In this document: piece after piece, positions 18,284-28,525 of the stretch
Position numbering within the stretch: the first letter of the stretch is position 1
Layout: every line of letters begins with the position of its first letter
DNA from: Actinobacteria bacterium Ga0077541
GTDB taxonomy: Bacteria > Actinomycetota > Thermoleophilia > Miltoncostaeales > Miltoncostaeaceae
Direction: 5' to 3'
Length of the DNA: 61,981 bases
NCBI GenBank assembly: GCA_001464995.1
Contig: LNEQ01000271.1
Location: 1 to 61,981 of the forward strand
The notes under the pieces: model-generated
Told to the model about the DNA's origin: nothing
The model's input: the letters and a program-made list of their open reading frames with translations, nothing else
Database searches by the model: none
Made by a program: the position numbers and the translations under genes

Positions 18284-18490
18284 ATGTTCGGCCTGTCGCC
18301 GGTTCAGATCCTGATCGTGCTGCTCATCGCGCTCGTCGTCTTCGGCGCCAAGCGCCTGCCGGAGATGGCCCGGGGCCTCGGCTCCGGGATGCGCGAGTTC
18401 AAGGACGGCATCACGGGCCAGCCCCCGCCTGTCCCCGCTGCCGATCCGGTCGCAGCCTCCCCGGTCGCCGACAGGTCCGAGGCCGCCTAG
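18284..18490 (+). CDS. tatA: Twin-arginine translocase TatA/TatE subunit
   Basis: MFGL...ALVVFGAKRLPEMARGLGSGMREFK. Confidence 0.92.
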   Translation: MFGLSPVQILIVLLIALVVFGAKRLPEMARGLGSGMREFKDGITGQPPPVPAADPVAASPVADRSEAA

Positions 18491-18583
18491 CCGCACCACC
18501 CGCTCGTCACGTGGGACCCCGCAAAGCACGTCACGTCGATTCCCGCGACGACGGACGGCGACCCAGAAGCCAGGAGAACGAGA

Positions 18584-20374
18584 ATGACGGAAGATCGTGA
18601 CCGCATCGCCCGGGCGCTCGAGCGCCAGGCGCTCACACGGAGGGCCTTCGTCAAGCGCGGCGTCGCGCTCGGCGTCGCGCTCCCGAGCCTCGGGGCCATC
18701 CTCGCGGCCTGCGGATCCGACAGCGCCACCGAGGCGGCCTCGACCTCGACCGGTGGGGCGGCGCCCGGCCCGGTCGCCTCGTCGGGCCTCTCGACGACGC
18801 CGAAGACGCTGATCCCATCCACGCCGACGCCCAACATCATCGTCGTCACCCAGACCGAGCCGGACCACTTCGATCCGCACTCCTTCCACTCGATCGAGGG
18901 CTTCAACGCGACCCTGAACCAGATGGACACCCTGGTGGAGTGGCAGTTCACCGAGGACGTGGACGCCGGCATCTTCGACGCGCCCTTCACCGGCGAGATC
19001 ACGCCGCTCCTGCTGGAGAAGTGGGAGGTGCTGGAGGACGGCGGCCTCTACCGCTTCACGATCCGTGACGGGATCGTCTTCAACAGCGGCAACCCCATGA
19101 CGGTCGACGACGTCGTCTGGACGCTCCAGCGCGGCGTGAACATCGGCTTCATGCCGACCCTGATGGGCCTCGGCCGCATCACCAAGGAGAACCAGATCAC
19201 GAAGGTCGATGCGAGGACCTTCGAGGTGAAGCCCGCCGGCAAGGTGCCGGAGGTCTTCATGATCGGCCTCCTCAACATGCCCCTGTCGGGCGTGCTCGAC
19301 TACGAGCTGGTCAAGAAGAACGTCCCGGCCGCGGCCGGGACGGCCGAGCCGGCCCGCTGGGCCGAGGACTGGATCCGCAAGAACCCCGCCGGCGGCGGCC
19401 CCTACTCGCTCAAGGAGTGGCAGCCGGGCAACCAGTACGTCCTCACCGCTCGCGAGGACTACTGGAAGATGCCGCCGTCCAACAGCCAGGTGACGGTGAA
19501 GGTCGTCCCGAACCCGGAGGACCGGGTGCTGCTGCTGGAGCGCGGCGACGCCGACCTCGCCTGGGGCCTCCCGCGCAAGGCCGTCAAGGAGCGCCTGGCC
19601 GACGTGGAGGGCGTGACCGTCGAGAACTACCCGTCGGTCAACTGCGTGTGGATCCCCCTGAACGTCGAGGTCAAGCCGCTCGACAACGTGAAGTTCCGCC
19701 AGGCCCTGTCCTACGCCGTCCCGTACCAGACGATCATCGACGAGGTGCTCTTCGGCTTCGGGCAGCAGCTCAAGAGCCCGGTCCCGAACGGGATGCCCTC
19801 GCACGACCCCTCGGCGTTCGTCTACTCGACCGACCTCGACAAGGCGCGCTCGCTGATGGCCGAGGCGGGGGTCGACAAGGCCACGCTCGACATCAGCGTC
19901 CGCCAGCTGGTGGACGACGACAACCAGATCGCCATCTGGCTGCAGCAGAGCTTCAAGGAGATCGGGGTCGAGCTCGTCATCAACAAGCAGACCGACTCCG
20001 TCTACCAGAGCAAGCTCGCGGCCCGCGAGCACACCATGTCGGTCCAGAACTGGATCTCGTGGGTCAACGACCCCTACTACCACCTGACCTGGCTGGCGAA
20101 GACCGAGCCCAAGAAGGGCCAGGGCGCCACCTTCAACAACTACAGCAACCCCACCGTGGACAAGCTCATCGACGAGGGGCTCTACGAGACCGACGCGGGC
20201 GTCCGCGAGGCCAAGAGCAAGGAGGCCCAGAAGATCGTGGTGGACGAGGCCTCGTGGCTCTTCCTCTTCCAGCCCGACTACCTCGTCTCGCGCCGTAGCG
20301 ACCTCAAGGGCTTCACCCGCTACGAGGACGAGCAGTTCCGCTACCACCTGATGTACAAGGACGAGGAGGCCTAG
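18584..20374 (+). CDS. ABC transporter substrate-binding protein, family 5 (peptide/nickel), Tat lipoprotein
   Basis: TRRAFVK Tat motif, LAAC lipobox, IRDGIVFNSGNPMTVDDV, GGPY. Confidence 0.9.
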   Translation: MTEDRDRIARALERQALTRRAFVKRGVALGVALPSLGAILAACGSDSATEAASTSTGGAAPGPVASSGLSTTPKTLIPSTPTPNIIVVTQTEPDHFDPHSFHSIEGFNATLNQMDTLVEWQFTEDVDAGIFDAPFTGEITPLLLEKWEVLEDGGLYRFTIRDGIVFNSGNPMTVDDVVWTLQRGVNIGFMPTLMGLGRITKENQITKVDARTFEVKPAGKVPEVFMIGLLNMPLSGVLDYELVKKNVPAAAGTAEPARWAEDWIRKNPAGGGPYSLKEWQPGNQYVLTAREDYWKMPPSNSQVTVKVVPNPEDRVLLLERGDADLAWGLPRKAVKERLADVEGVTVENYPSVNCVWIPLNVEVKPLDNVKFRQALSYAVPYQTIIDEVLFGFGQQLKSPVPNGMPSHDPSAFVYSTDLDKARSLMAEAGVDKATLDISVRQLVDDDNQIAIWLQQSFKEIGVELVINKQTDSVYQSKLAAREHTMSVQNWISWVNDPYYHLTWLAKTEPKKGQGATFNNYSNPTVDKLIDEGLYETDAGVREAKSKEAQKIVVDEASWLFLFQPDYLVSRRSDLKGFTRYEDEQFRYHLMYKDEEA

Positions 20375-20414
20375 TGCTCCTCGGGCCCACGCCCGCGCCG
20401 GGGGGCGGCACGAG

Positions 20415-21434
20415 ATGACGAGGTTGATCCTCCGTCGTCTCGCTGCCGTCCCGGTGGTGCTCATCGTGATCATCCTCCTGGGGTTCCTGATCACGAACAT
20501 CCTGCCGGGCAACCCGGCCGAGCTCCGCGCCGGGCAGTACGCCACCACCGAGGTGATCGAGCGCACCGAGGCCTCCCTCGGCCTCGACGAGCCCTGGTAC
20601 ACGCAGCTGCGCATCTACACCGGCAACCTGCTGCAGGGCGACTTCGGCGAGAACTCCCTCACGGGGCTCTCGGTGTCGGACGACCTGGGCGCCCGGTGGC
20701 CGGCCACCGTCGAGCTGACGCTCGTGGGCTTCCTGCTCGGGCTGGCCGTGGGCCTGCCACTGGGGGTGATGGCCGGGCTCCGGAGCAACGGCATCTGGGA
20801 CCACGCGGGACGGCTGGTCGCCGTCGTCGGCGTCTCGCTGCCGGTGTTCTGGGTCGGCCTGCTCCTCATCTACTTCTTCTACGCCGAGCTCGGCTGGGCG
20901 CCGCCGCCCACAGGGCGCGCGCAGATCGGCACCGAGCCGGACGACGTCACGGGCTTCTACCTGCTCGACAGCGTGCTGACGGCCGATCCGGCGGCGTTCT
21001 GGTCGAGCCTCAAGAGCCTCATCCTGCCGGCGATCACCCTGGCCCTGCTCGTGGCCGCGCCCGTGGCGCGCATCGCCCGCTCGTCCGTGCTGGAGGTGCG
21101 CAACCAGGAGTACGTCACCATGGCCATCGCATCGGGCCTGCCGCGGCGGGTCGTGCTGCGCCGCTGGATCCTGCGCAACGCGATGCTGCCGGTCGTCACG
21201 ATGATGGGCATCCTGCTGGGCTACCTGATCGGCGGGAACATCCTCGTCGAGATCGTGTTCGCCTGGCCGGGCCTCGGCGGCTACGCCTTCGAGTCGATCA
21301 ACAACAACGACTTCGCCCCCGTGCAGGCGTTCGTGATCGTCACCGCGCTCGCGATCCTGATGATCAGCCTGGTGCTGGACGTGATCTACGCCTGGCTCAA
21401 CCCGCGCGTCCGCTACGCGGGCGCGGAGGACTAG
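20415..21434 (+). CDS. ABC permease (DppB-like)
   Basis: PATVEL, YVTMAIASGL, RNAMLP, VEIVFAWPGLG. Confidence 0.92.
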   Translation: MTRLILRRLAAVPVVLIVIILLGFLITNILPGNPAELRAGQYATTEVIERTEASLGLDEPWYTQLRIYTGNLLQGDFGENSLTGLSVSDDLGARWPATVELTLVGFLLGLAVGLPLGVMAGLRSNGIWDHAGRLVAVVGVSLPVFWVGLLLIYFFYAELGWAPPPTGRAQIGTEPDDVTGFYLLDSVLTADPAAFWSSLKSLILPAITLALLVAAPVARIARSSVLEVRNQEYVTMAIASGLPRRVVLRRWILRNAMLPVVTMMGILLGYLIGGNILVEIVFAWPGLGGYAFESINNNDFAPVQAFVIVTALAILMISLVLDVIYAWLNPRVRYAGAED

Positions 21435-21437
21435 GCC

Positions 21438-22334
21438 ATGGGGACCTCATCGGAGGCCGTGCTCGCGCCGGCGTTGCCCACCGGCGGATTCCGCGAGCGG
21501 TGGCGCCGCTCATGGTGGGTGCTCAGCCGCAGCCGCCTCTCGCTGGTCGGTCTCGGGCTCGTGCTCTTCGTGGTGCTGTTCGGCCTGCTCGGGCCGCTGC
21601 TCATCCCCTACGACCCCGAGACCGGCAGCGCCGCCGACCGCGAGCTCGCCCCCAGCTTCAGCCACTGGTTCGGCACCGACACCTTCGGCTTCGACATCAT
21701 GGCCCGGACGGCCGCCGCCGCCCGGCTCGACCTCTTCATCGCCTTCGTGGTCACGGGCCTGGCCCTGATCATCGGGAGCGTGATCGGGCTCGTGTCGGGG
21801 TACGCCGGCGGCCGGGTCGACGAGGTCCTGATGCGCGTGGTCGACACCGTGCTCGCCTTCCCGGCGTTCATCCTCGCCCTCGGCATCGCCGCGGCGCTCG
21901 GGAACTCCCTGCGCTCGGTGATCATCGCCCTCACGGTCGCCTACACGCCGTTCTTCGTCCGGGTGGTACGCAGCGAGACGCTCGCCCGCCGCGGGCAGGA
22001 CTTCGTGCTCGCGGCGCGCTGCTCGGGAGCGAGCGGGCCGCGCATCCTCGGGATGCACATCCTCCCCAACGTGGCCACGGCGGCGCTGGTGCAGGCGACG
22101 CTCACCCTCGGGTGGGCGATTCTCGACACCGCGGCGCTGAGCTTCATCGGCATCGGCGTCAAGCCGCCCACGGCGGAGTGGGGGGTGATGGTGTCCGAGG
22201 GCGCCAAGCTGATCGTCACCGGGGAGTGGTGGGTCTCGCTCTTCCCCGGCCTGTTCATCGCGATCACCGTCCTGGGGTTCAACCTCCTCGGCGACGGCCT
22301 GCGCGACATGCTCGACCCGGACAGCCGCTCGTGA
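21438..22334 (+). CDS. ABC permease (DppC-like)
   Basis: HWFGTD, FVLAARCSGA, HILPN, PPTAEWG, FNLLGDGLRD. Confidence 0.92.
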   Translation: MGTSSEAVLAPALPTGGFRERWRRSWWVLSRSRLSLVGLGLVLFVVLFGLLGPLLIPYDPETGSAADRELAPSFSHWFGTDTFGFDIMARTAAAARLDLFIAFVVTGLALIIGSVIGLVSGYAGGRVDEVLMRVVDTVLAFPAFILALGIAAALGNSLRSVIIALTVAYTPFFVRVVRSETLARRGQDFVLAARCSGASGPRILGMHILPNVATAALVQATLTLGWAILDTAALSFIGIGVKPPTAEWGVMVSEGAKLIVTGEWWVSLFPGLFIAITVLGFNLLGDGLRDMLDPDSRS

Positions 22335-23179
22335 CGGGGACCGCCGCCACGCCCCTGCTGCGGATCGACGGGCTCGAGGTCACGTTCCAGACCTACCGCG
22401 GCCCCGTCACGGCGGTGCGGTCGGCCGGCTTCTCGGTGGGCGCCGGCGAGATGGTCGGCCTGGTCGGCGAGAGCGGATCGGGCAAGACGATGACCGCGCG
22501 GGCCGTGCTGGGCCTGCTGCCGCCGGGCGGGCGCGTGACCGCCGGCGCGATCACCTTCGACGGCCGGGACGTGGTCGCGGCCGACGCCGCCGCCCTGGCG
22601 TCGATGCGCGGCGCCGGCGTGGCGATGGTGTTCCAGAACGCCAAGGCGTCGCTCAACCCCTCGATGCGCATCGGCGACCAGATCGGTGCCGCCCTGCGCG
22701 CCCATCGCGGCGCCGACCGCGGGGCCGCCGCCGCCGGCGCGGTCGACCTGCTCCGCAAGGTGCAGATCCAGCGCCCGGAGGAGCGCGCCCGCGCCTATCC
22801 CCACGAGCTGTCCGGCGGCATGTGCCAGCGGGCCGCCGTCGCCATGGCCCTCGCCTGCGGCCCCAAGCTGCTGATCGCCGACGAGCCCACGACCGGCCTC
22901 GACGTCACGACCGGGACGGAGATGATGAACCTGCTCGCCGAGATCCGCGACTCCGACCATCTCGCGGTGATGACCATCACGCACGACCTCGGCATGGTCG
23001 CGCGCTACTGCGACCGGATGGTCGTGATGAGCGACGGCCGGGTGGTGGAGGAGGGCACGGTGCTCCAGGTGTTCGAGGAGCCCCGCCACGAGTACACGGC
23101 GATGCTGCTCGAGCAGACGATCGGATCGGCGCGGTTCCACGCCGCCCGCGAGCGGGCCGCCGCGGAGGCGCGGTCGTGA
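22331..23179 (+). CDS. ABC ATPase (DppD-like)
   Basis: GESGSGKT, YPHELSGG, LIADEPTT; GTG start overlapping the upstream stop. Confidence 0.9.
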   Translation: MTGTAATPLLRIDGLEVTFQTYRGPVTAVRSAGFSVGAGEMVGLVGESGSGKTMTARAVLGLLPPGGRVTAGAITFDGRDVVAADAAALASMRGAGVAMVFQNAKASLNPSMRIGDQIGAALRAHRGADRGAAAAGAVDLLRKVQIQRPEERARAYPHELSGGMCQRAAVAMALACGPKLLIADEPTTGLDVTTGTEMMNLLAEIRDSDHLAVMTITHDLGMVARYCDRMVVMSDGRVVEEGTVLQVFEEPRHEYTAMLLEQTIGSARFHAARERAAAEARS

Positions 23180-24123
23180 CCGCGATCACGGTGCCGCGCC
23201 CGGTGATCCTCGAGGTCGAAGGCCTCACCAAGAGCTTCCGCAGCCGGCTGCCCACCTCGCGCGCGGAGACGGGCGCCGAGACCGGCGCCACGCCGTCCGG
23301 CCGCATGGGCGCGCTCGGCCGCCTGGGCCGCCCGCTCGTGCGCCGCGGGGCCCGGGACGCGCAGCGGGTGCTCGCGCTCGACGACGTCTCGCTGGAGGTG
23401 CCGCGCGGCGAGATCGTCGGGCTGGTGGGCGAGAGCGGCTCGGGCAAGAGCACGCTGGCCCGCTGCCTGATGGGCCTCACGACCCCGGACGCCGGCCACA
23501 TGCGCTTCGAGGGCAAGGACCTCGACGTCTGGCTCTCCGAGTCGCGCCTGCGCTACCGGCGCATGGTCCAGATGGTGTTCCAGCATCCGGACCTGGCGCT
23601 CGACCCGCGCTACACCGTCCGGCGCACCATCGCCGAGGTGCTGGCCATCCACGGCATCGGCGACCGTGTCGACCGCGCCGACCGGGTCGCGAACCTGCTG
23701 GAGCGGGTGCACCTCGATCCCGCCCAGGTGATGGACCGCCTGCCGCGCCAGCTCTCCGGTGGCCAGCGCCAGCGGGTCAGCATCGCGCGGGCGATCGCGG
23801 CCGACCCGCGGCTCCTGGTGCTCGACGAGCCGACGTCGGCCCTCGACGCCTCCGTCCAGACCCGGATCCTCGACCTGCTGCTCGAGCTGCGCGAGACCGA
23901 GGGACTGTCCTACCTGTTCATCTCCCACGACCTCGGCGTCGTGCGCTTCCTGACCGAGCGGGTGGTGGTGCTCTACCGCGGCGAGGTGGTGGAGAGGGGC
24001 GTGACCGAGGAGGTCTTCGCCGATCCGCAGCACGAGTACACCCGGCGCCTGCTCGCCTCCGCCCCGGTGCCGGATCCCCGCGCGCGCTACGTGACGGCGG
24101 GCCGCGGGTCGGCCGGCTCGTGA
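23176..24123 (+). CDS. ABC ATPase (DppF-like)
   Basis: GESGSGKST, LSGGQRQR, LDEPTSALD, ISHDL. Confidence 0.9.
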   Translation: MTAITVPRPVILEVEGLTKSFRSRLPTSRAETGAETGATPSGRMGALGRLGRPLVRRGARDAQRVLALDDVSLEVPRGEIVGLVGESGSGKSTLARCLMGLTTPDAGHMRFEGKDLDVWLSESRLRYRRMVQMVFQHPDLALDPRYTVRRTIAEVLAIHGIGDRVDRADRVANLLERVHLDPAQVMDRLPRQLSGGQRQRVSIARAIAADPRLLVLDEPTSALDASVQTRILDLLLELRETEGLSYLFISHDLGVVRFLTERVVVLYRGEVVERGVTEEVFADPQHEYTRRLLASAPVPDPRARYVTAGRGSAGS

Positions 24124-26081
24124 GCACCCGGCTCGCGGTCGACGTCGGCGGCACCTTCACCGACGTCGTCGCCACCGGGCCCGACGGCGCGACGCTGCAC
24201 GAGAAGGTGCCGACCACGCCCGGCGACGTGACGCGCGGCATCCTCGACGGCCTGGAGCGCGTCGGCGCCGACCCGGCCCTGCTCGACCGGCTGCTGCACG
24301 GCACGACGGTCGCGCTGAACGCGGTGCTGGAGGGGGCGACCGCGCCGGTCGGCCTCATCACAACGCGCGGCTTTCGCGACGTCCTCGAGATCCGCCGCAC
24401 ATCGCGGCCCGACATGTACGACCTGCAGCAGGAGGCGCCGGTGCCGCTGGTGCCCCGCCGCCACCGTTTCGAGATCGGCGCCCGCATGGGTCCGGGCGGC
24501 GAGGAGCTCGCGCCGGTCGACGTGGACGAGGTGCGCGCCATCGCGGCCCGGCTGCGCGAGGCCGGCATCGGCTCGGTGGCCGTCTGCCTCATCAACGCCT
24601 ACGCCGACACCCGCCACGAGCGAGCCGTCGGCGCCCTTCTCGCCGACGCCGCTCCGGGGCTGCTGGTCTCCCTCTCGACCGACCTGGCGCGCGAGTGGCG
24701 CGAGTTCGAGCGCACCAGCACCGCGGTGGTCAACGCCGCCACCCTTCCCGTGCTGGGCGGCTATCTCGACCGGCTCCAGTCGGGCCTGGCGGAACGCCGC
24801 TTCGCCGGCGAGCTGATGATCATGCAGTCGAGCGGCGGGGTGATGAGCGCCGAGAGCGCGCGCACCCGGCCCGCGGCCACCCTGATGTCGGGGCCGGTGG
24901 GCGGCGTGGTGGGCGCACGCGCGATCGCCGAGGCCCTCGGCGGCGCCGATCTGGTCACCGTGGACATCGGCGGCACCTCCGCCGACGTCGCCGTCCTCGA
25001 TCGCGGCCTCCCGGTGCAGGCGGCTGTCGGCGGCTTCGGGCGCTGGCCGATCCTGATGCCCATGGTGGACATCCGCTCGGTGGGCGCCGGGGGCGGGTCG
25101 CTGGCCCGCGTCGACGCCCACGGGGCGCTGCTGGTCGGCCCCGAGAGCGCCGCCGCCGTGCCGGGCCCGGCCTGCTACGGCCGGGGTGGCACCCGTCCCA
25201 CGGTCACCGACGCCAACGTGGTGCTCGGTCGGATCGCGCCCGAAGGGCTGATGCGCGGCCGCCTGGCGCTCGACGTCGAGGCCGCCGCCCGGGCGATCGC
25301 GACCCACGTGGCAGAGCCCCTCGGCCTCGGGGTCGGGCCCGCGGCCGAGGGGATCCTGCGGGTGATGAACTCCAACACCGCCCGCCTCCTTCGCGAGGTG
25401 CTCACCGAGGGCGGGCACGACCCGCGCCGCTTCTCGCTGCTGGCGTTCGGCGGCGGCGGCGGGCTCCACGCCTGCGCGCTGGCCGAGGAGGCCGGTCTCG
25501 CCGGGGCGATCGTGCCGCCGCACCCGGGGACGATGTCGGCCCTCGGAATCCTCGGGGCGGGCGTGCGCCACGATCGCTCGGCGATGTTCCTGCGGCCGGT
25601 CACCGACGTGTCCGACGGTGACCTCGAGCAGGCCTTCGCCGCGCTGCTCGGCGAGCTCAGGGCCGACTCGCCGCTGCGCGAGGCCGTGGCCGTGCTGAGC
25701 GCCGACCTCCGCTACGTCGGCCAGGGCCACACCCTTCCGGTCGGGGCCGGGCCGGCGCCGTCGGCGGCCGCGATGGCGGAGGAGTTCCACCGCGAGCACC
25801 GGCGCCTGTTCGGCGTGAGCCGCCCCGACGCCCCGACCGAGCTGGTGCGGCTGTCGGCCGCGCTGATCGAGCCCGCCCCCGCGCCGGCGCGCCACGCGCC
25901 CGGCGACGGTCCGGCGGGGGAGCGGACCGGCGGGGCGCACGCACGCGCCGAGCTCGCCGTGGGCGCCATCGTCCACGGCCCCTCCCGGATCGAGGAGGAC
26001 GGCGCCACCACCTGGGTCGCCGACGGCTGGACGGCCCGCATCGACGCCCACGCGAACATCGTGCTGGAGCGGGTCGCGTGA
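24120..26081 (+). CDS. Hydantoinase A/oxoprolinase family ATP-binding subunit (copy 1)
   Basis: DVGGTFTD, HGTT, EFERTST, SGP, DIGGTS, GAGGGS, GPACYGRGG, TVTDA. Confidence 0.92.
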   Translation: MSTRLAVDVGGTFTDVVATGPDGATLHEKVPTTPGDVTRGILDGLERVGADPALLDRLLHGTTVALNAVLEGATAPVGLITTRGFRDVLEIRRTSRPDMYDLQQEAPVPLVPRRHRFEIGARMGPGGEELAPVDVDEVRAIAARLREAGIGSVAVCLINAYADTRHERAVGALLADAAPGLLVSLSTDLAREWREFERTSTAVVNAATLPVLGGYLDRLQSGLAERRFAGELMIMQSSGGVMSAESARTRPAATLMSGPVGGVVGARAIAEALGGADLVTVDIGGTSADVAVLDRGLPVQAAVGGFGRWPILMPMVDIRSVGAGGGSLARVDAHGALLVGPESAAAVPGPACYGRGGTRPTVTDANVVLGRIAPEGLMRGRLALDVEAAARAIATHVAEPLGLGVGPAAEGILRVMNSNTARLLREVLTEGGHDPRRFSLLAFGGGGGLHACALAEEAGLAGAIVPPHPGTMSALGILGAGVRHDRSAMFLRPVTDVSDGDLEQAFAALLGELRADSPLREAVAVLSADLRYVGQGHTLPVGAGPAPSAAAMAEEFHREHRRLFGVSRPDAPTELVRLSAALIEPAPAPARHAPGDGPAGERTGGAHARAELAVGAIVHGPSRIEEDGATTWVADGWTARIDAHANIVLERVA

Positions 26082-27790
26082 GCGTCGCGACCGCGCTCGT
26101 GGGCGTCGACCCGGTGACGCGCCAGGTGGTGCAGAACCGCCTGATCTCGATCGTCCGCGAGATGTCCCACACGCTCTCGCGGGCCTCGTTCTCGCCGATC
26201 ATCACGGAGGTCAAGGACTTCTCGAACGTCCTCCTGGCCCCCGACGGCGCGCTCGTGGCGCAGGCCGAGGGCATCCCGACCTTCCTCGGCGCGATGGCCC
26301 CCCTGCTCCCGCCGGTGCTCGACCGCTACCCCCTCGCCTCCGTGCAGCCCGGGGACGTGTTCATCTCCAACGACCCCTACTCGGCCAACGGCACCCACAA
26401 GAACGACGTCAACGTCTTCCGGCCGGTGTTCGACCCGGCCGGCCCGGACGCGGGGCCGGTGTTCTTCGCGGTCAGCAAGGCGCACTGGACCGACATCGGC
26501 GCCAAGGATCCGGGCAGCTGGTCGCCCGACGCGCGGAACATGTTCCAGGAGGGCGTGACGATCCCGCCGCTGCGGCTCGTCGCCGCCGGGGACTGGAACG
26601 ACGAGCTGCTCGAGATGATCCTCGGCAACACGCGCCTGCGCGAGCAGAACGAGGGTGACCTGCTGGCCCAGATCGGCGCCCTCGGCGTGGCCGAGTCGCG
26701 CGTCCACGACCTGCTCGCCGAGTACGGCCGGGCCGAGGTGGAGGCGCACGTCGCCTCGCTGATCGACTACGCCGAGCGGGCCACGCGCGCCGAGGTCGCC
26801 CGTATCCCCGACGGCCGCTACCGCGCCGAGGAGTGGGTCGACAGCGACGGCGTGTCGGAGGAGCCCTTCCGGATCGTCGCGGTGGTCGAGGTGGACGGCG
26901 ACCGGATGACCGTCGACCTGTCCGAGAGCGCCGACCAGCGCGCGGGGGCCTGCGGCAACGCGGTCGTGACCGCCAGCGTCGCCGCGGTGCGCGTGGCCTT
27001 CAAGTGCCTCACCCTGCCCCACGCGGCCACCAACGAGGGCTCCTACCGCCCGCTCCAGGTGATCACCCGGCCGGGGAGCTCGGTCCACGCCCTGGCGCCG
27101 GCGCCGGTGACCCTCTGGGGCGACGTGGCGCGCGCCGTGATCGAGGCCGTGCTCGGCGCCGTCGGCCGGGCCGACCCCTCGCGGGCCATCGGCGGGCTGT
27201 TCGGCAACGTCGACGCGATGGCCCTCGCCGGGCCCGGCACCGGCGACGGCGGCGAGTGGATCTACTTCTCGCCCTTCGCCGGCGGCTGGGGCGGCCGTGC
27301 CGGGGCCGACGGGCTGAGCGCCCTCTGCCCGATCATCAACGGCGACAACGACAACGTGCCGTGCGAGGTGATCGAGGCCAGCTACCCGCTGCGCGTGGAG
27401 CGCTACGAGCTGGTGCCCGACTCGTGCGGCGCGGGCCGCCGCCGCGGCGGGCTCGGGGTCCGCTTCGACGTCCGCATCCTGGAGGCCGGCGCCACGCTCT
27501 CGGCGTCGCTCGACCGCTACGTGATCGCGCCGCCCGGCGTGCAGGGCGGCGACGACGGCGCCCTCTCGGGGCTCTGGGTGGACGAGGGCGACGGCGTGGA
27601 GCTGCCCGCCCACAAGGTGGCTGCGCGTCCCCTGCCCGCGGGCGCGCTGGTCTCGCACCGCACCGGCGGCGGCGGCGGGCACGGCGACCCGCGCCGGCGC
27701 GAGCCCGCACTCGTGGCCGCCGACGTCGCCGACGGATACGTCACGCCCGAGGCCGCCGCGCGCCTCTACGGAACGGGGGGCACCGCGTGA
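26078..27790 (+). CDS. Hydantoinase B/oxoprolinase family subunit (copy 1)
   Basis: NDPY..GTHKND, HWTDIG, QEG, RRGGLG, GGGGHGDP. Confidence 0.92.
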   Translation: MSVATALVGVDPVTRQVVQNRLISIVREMSHTLSRASFSPIITEVKDFSNVLLAPDGALVAQAEGIPTFLGAMAPLLPPVLDRYPLASVQPGDVFISNDPYSANGTHKNDVNVFRPVFDPAGPDAGPVFFAVSKAHWTDIGAKDPGSWSPDARNMFQEGVTIPPLRLVAAGDWNDELLEMILGNTRLREQNEGDLLAQIGALGVAESRVHDLLAEYGRAEVEAHVASLIDYAERATRAEVARIPDGRYRAEEWVDSDGVSEEPFRIVAVVEVDGDRMTVDLSESADQRAGACGNAVVTASVAAVRVAFKCLTLPHAATNEGSYRPLQVITRPGSSVHALAPAPVTLWGDVARAVIEAVLGAVGRADPSRAIGGLFGNVDAMALAGPGTGDGGEWIYFSPFAGGWGGRAGADGLSALCPIINGDNDNVPCEVIEASYPLRVERYELVPDSCGAGRRRGGLGVRFDVRILEAGATLSASLDRYVIAPPGVQGGDDGALSGLWVDEGDGVELPAHKVAARPLPAGALVSHRTGGGGGHGDPRRREPALVAADVADGYVTPEAAARLYGTGGTA

Positions 27791-28524
27791 GGATCCTCGT
27801 CGTCAACCCGAACACCACCGCGTCGATGACCGAGACGATGCGGCAGGGCGCGCAGCGCTACGCGCGACCCGGCACCGAGATCGTGGCCGTCGAGCCGACG
27901 TGGGGGCCCGAGTCGATCGAGGGGTTCTTCGAGGGCTTCCTCAGCGCGGCGGCGGTGCTCGAGCGCCTCGCCACCTACCCGGACCCCGTCGATGCGGTCG
28001 TGCTCGCCGGCTACGGGGAGCCGGGGCTGCAGGGGGCGCTGGAGCTGATGGACGCGCCGGTGATCGACGTCACCGCGGCGTCCGCACACATGGCCTGCCT
28101 GGTCGCGCACCGCTTCGGCGTGGTGACGACCCTCCACCGGTGCATCCCGCAGATCGAGGAGGCGCTCGGGTCGGTCGGGCTGCTCGGCCGGTGCGCGGGG
28201 ATCCGCGCGAGCGGCCTCGCGGTGCTCGAGATCGAGGAGGACGAGGAGCGCACGATGGCGGCGATGATCGCCGAGGGCCGGCGCGCGGTGGAGGACGACC
28301 GCGCCGAGGCGATCTGCCTCGGGTGCGGTGGCATGAGCGGCCTCGACAAGAGGATGGAGGCGGAGCTCGGCGTGCCGGTGATCGACGGCCTGGTGGCCGC
28401 GGTGAAGCTGGCGGAGGGCCTCGTCGACTACGGCCTGGCCACCAGCCGGGCCCTGGCCTTCGAGCGCCCTCGTCCCAAGGCGATACCGGGGTGGCCGCGC
28501 CCCGTACCCGGGGCCAAGACCTAG
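27787..28524 (+). CDS. Asp/Glu/hydantoin racemase family protein
   Basis: VVNPNTTASMT, GPESIEG, CLGCGGM, GVPVIDG. Confidence 0.88.
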   Translation: MRILVVNPNTTASMTETMRQGAQRYARPGTEIVAVEPTWGPESIEGFFEGFLSAAAVLERLATYPDPVDAVVLAGYGEPGLQGALELMDAPVIDVTAASAHMACLVAHRFGVVTTLHRCIPQIEEALGSVGLLGRCAGIRASGLAVLEIEEDEERTMAAMIAEGRRAVEDDRAEAICLGCGGMSGLDKRMEAELGVPVIDGLVAAVKLAEGLVDYGLATSRALAFERPRPKAIPGWPRPVPGAKT

Positions 28525-28525
28525 T

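Noticed and set aside
20696-22330. Long N-terminal extensions in the ORF track (ATPases, racemase, GlxD, GS, HDAC, RR, NUDIX)
   Set aside because: Arg/Pro-rich off-frame overlaps with upstream genes; real starts are the coupled ATGA/GTGA sites
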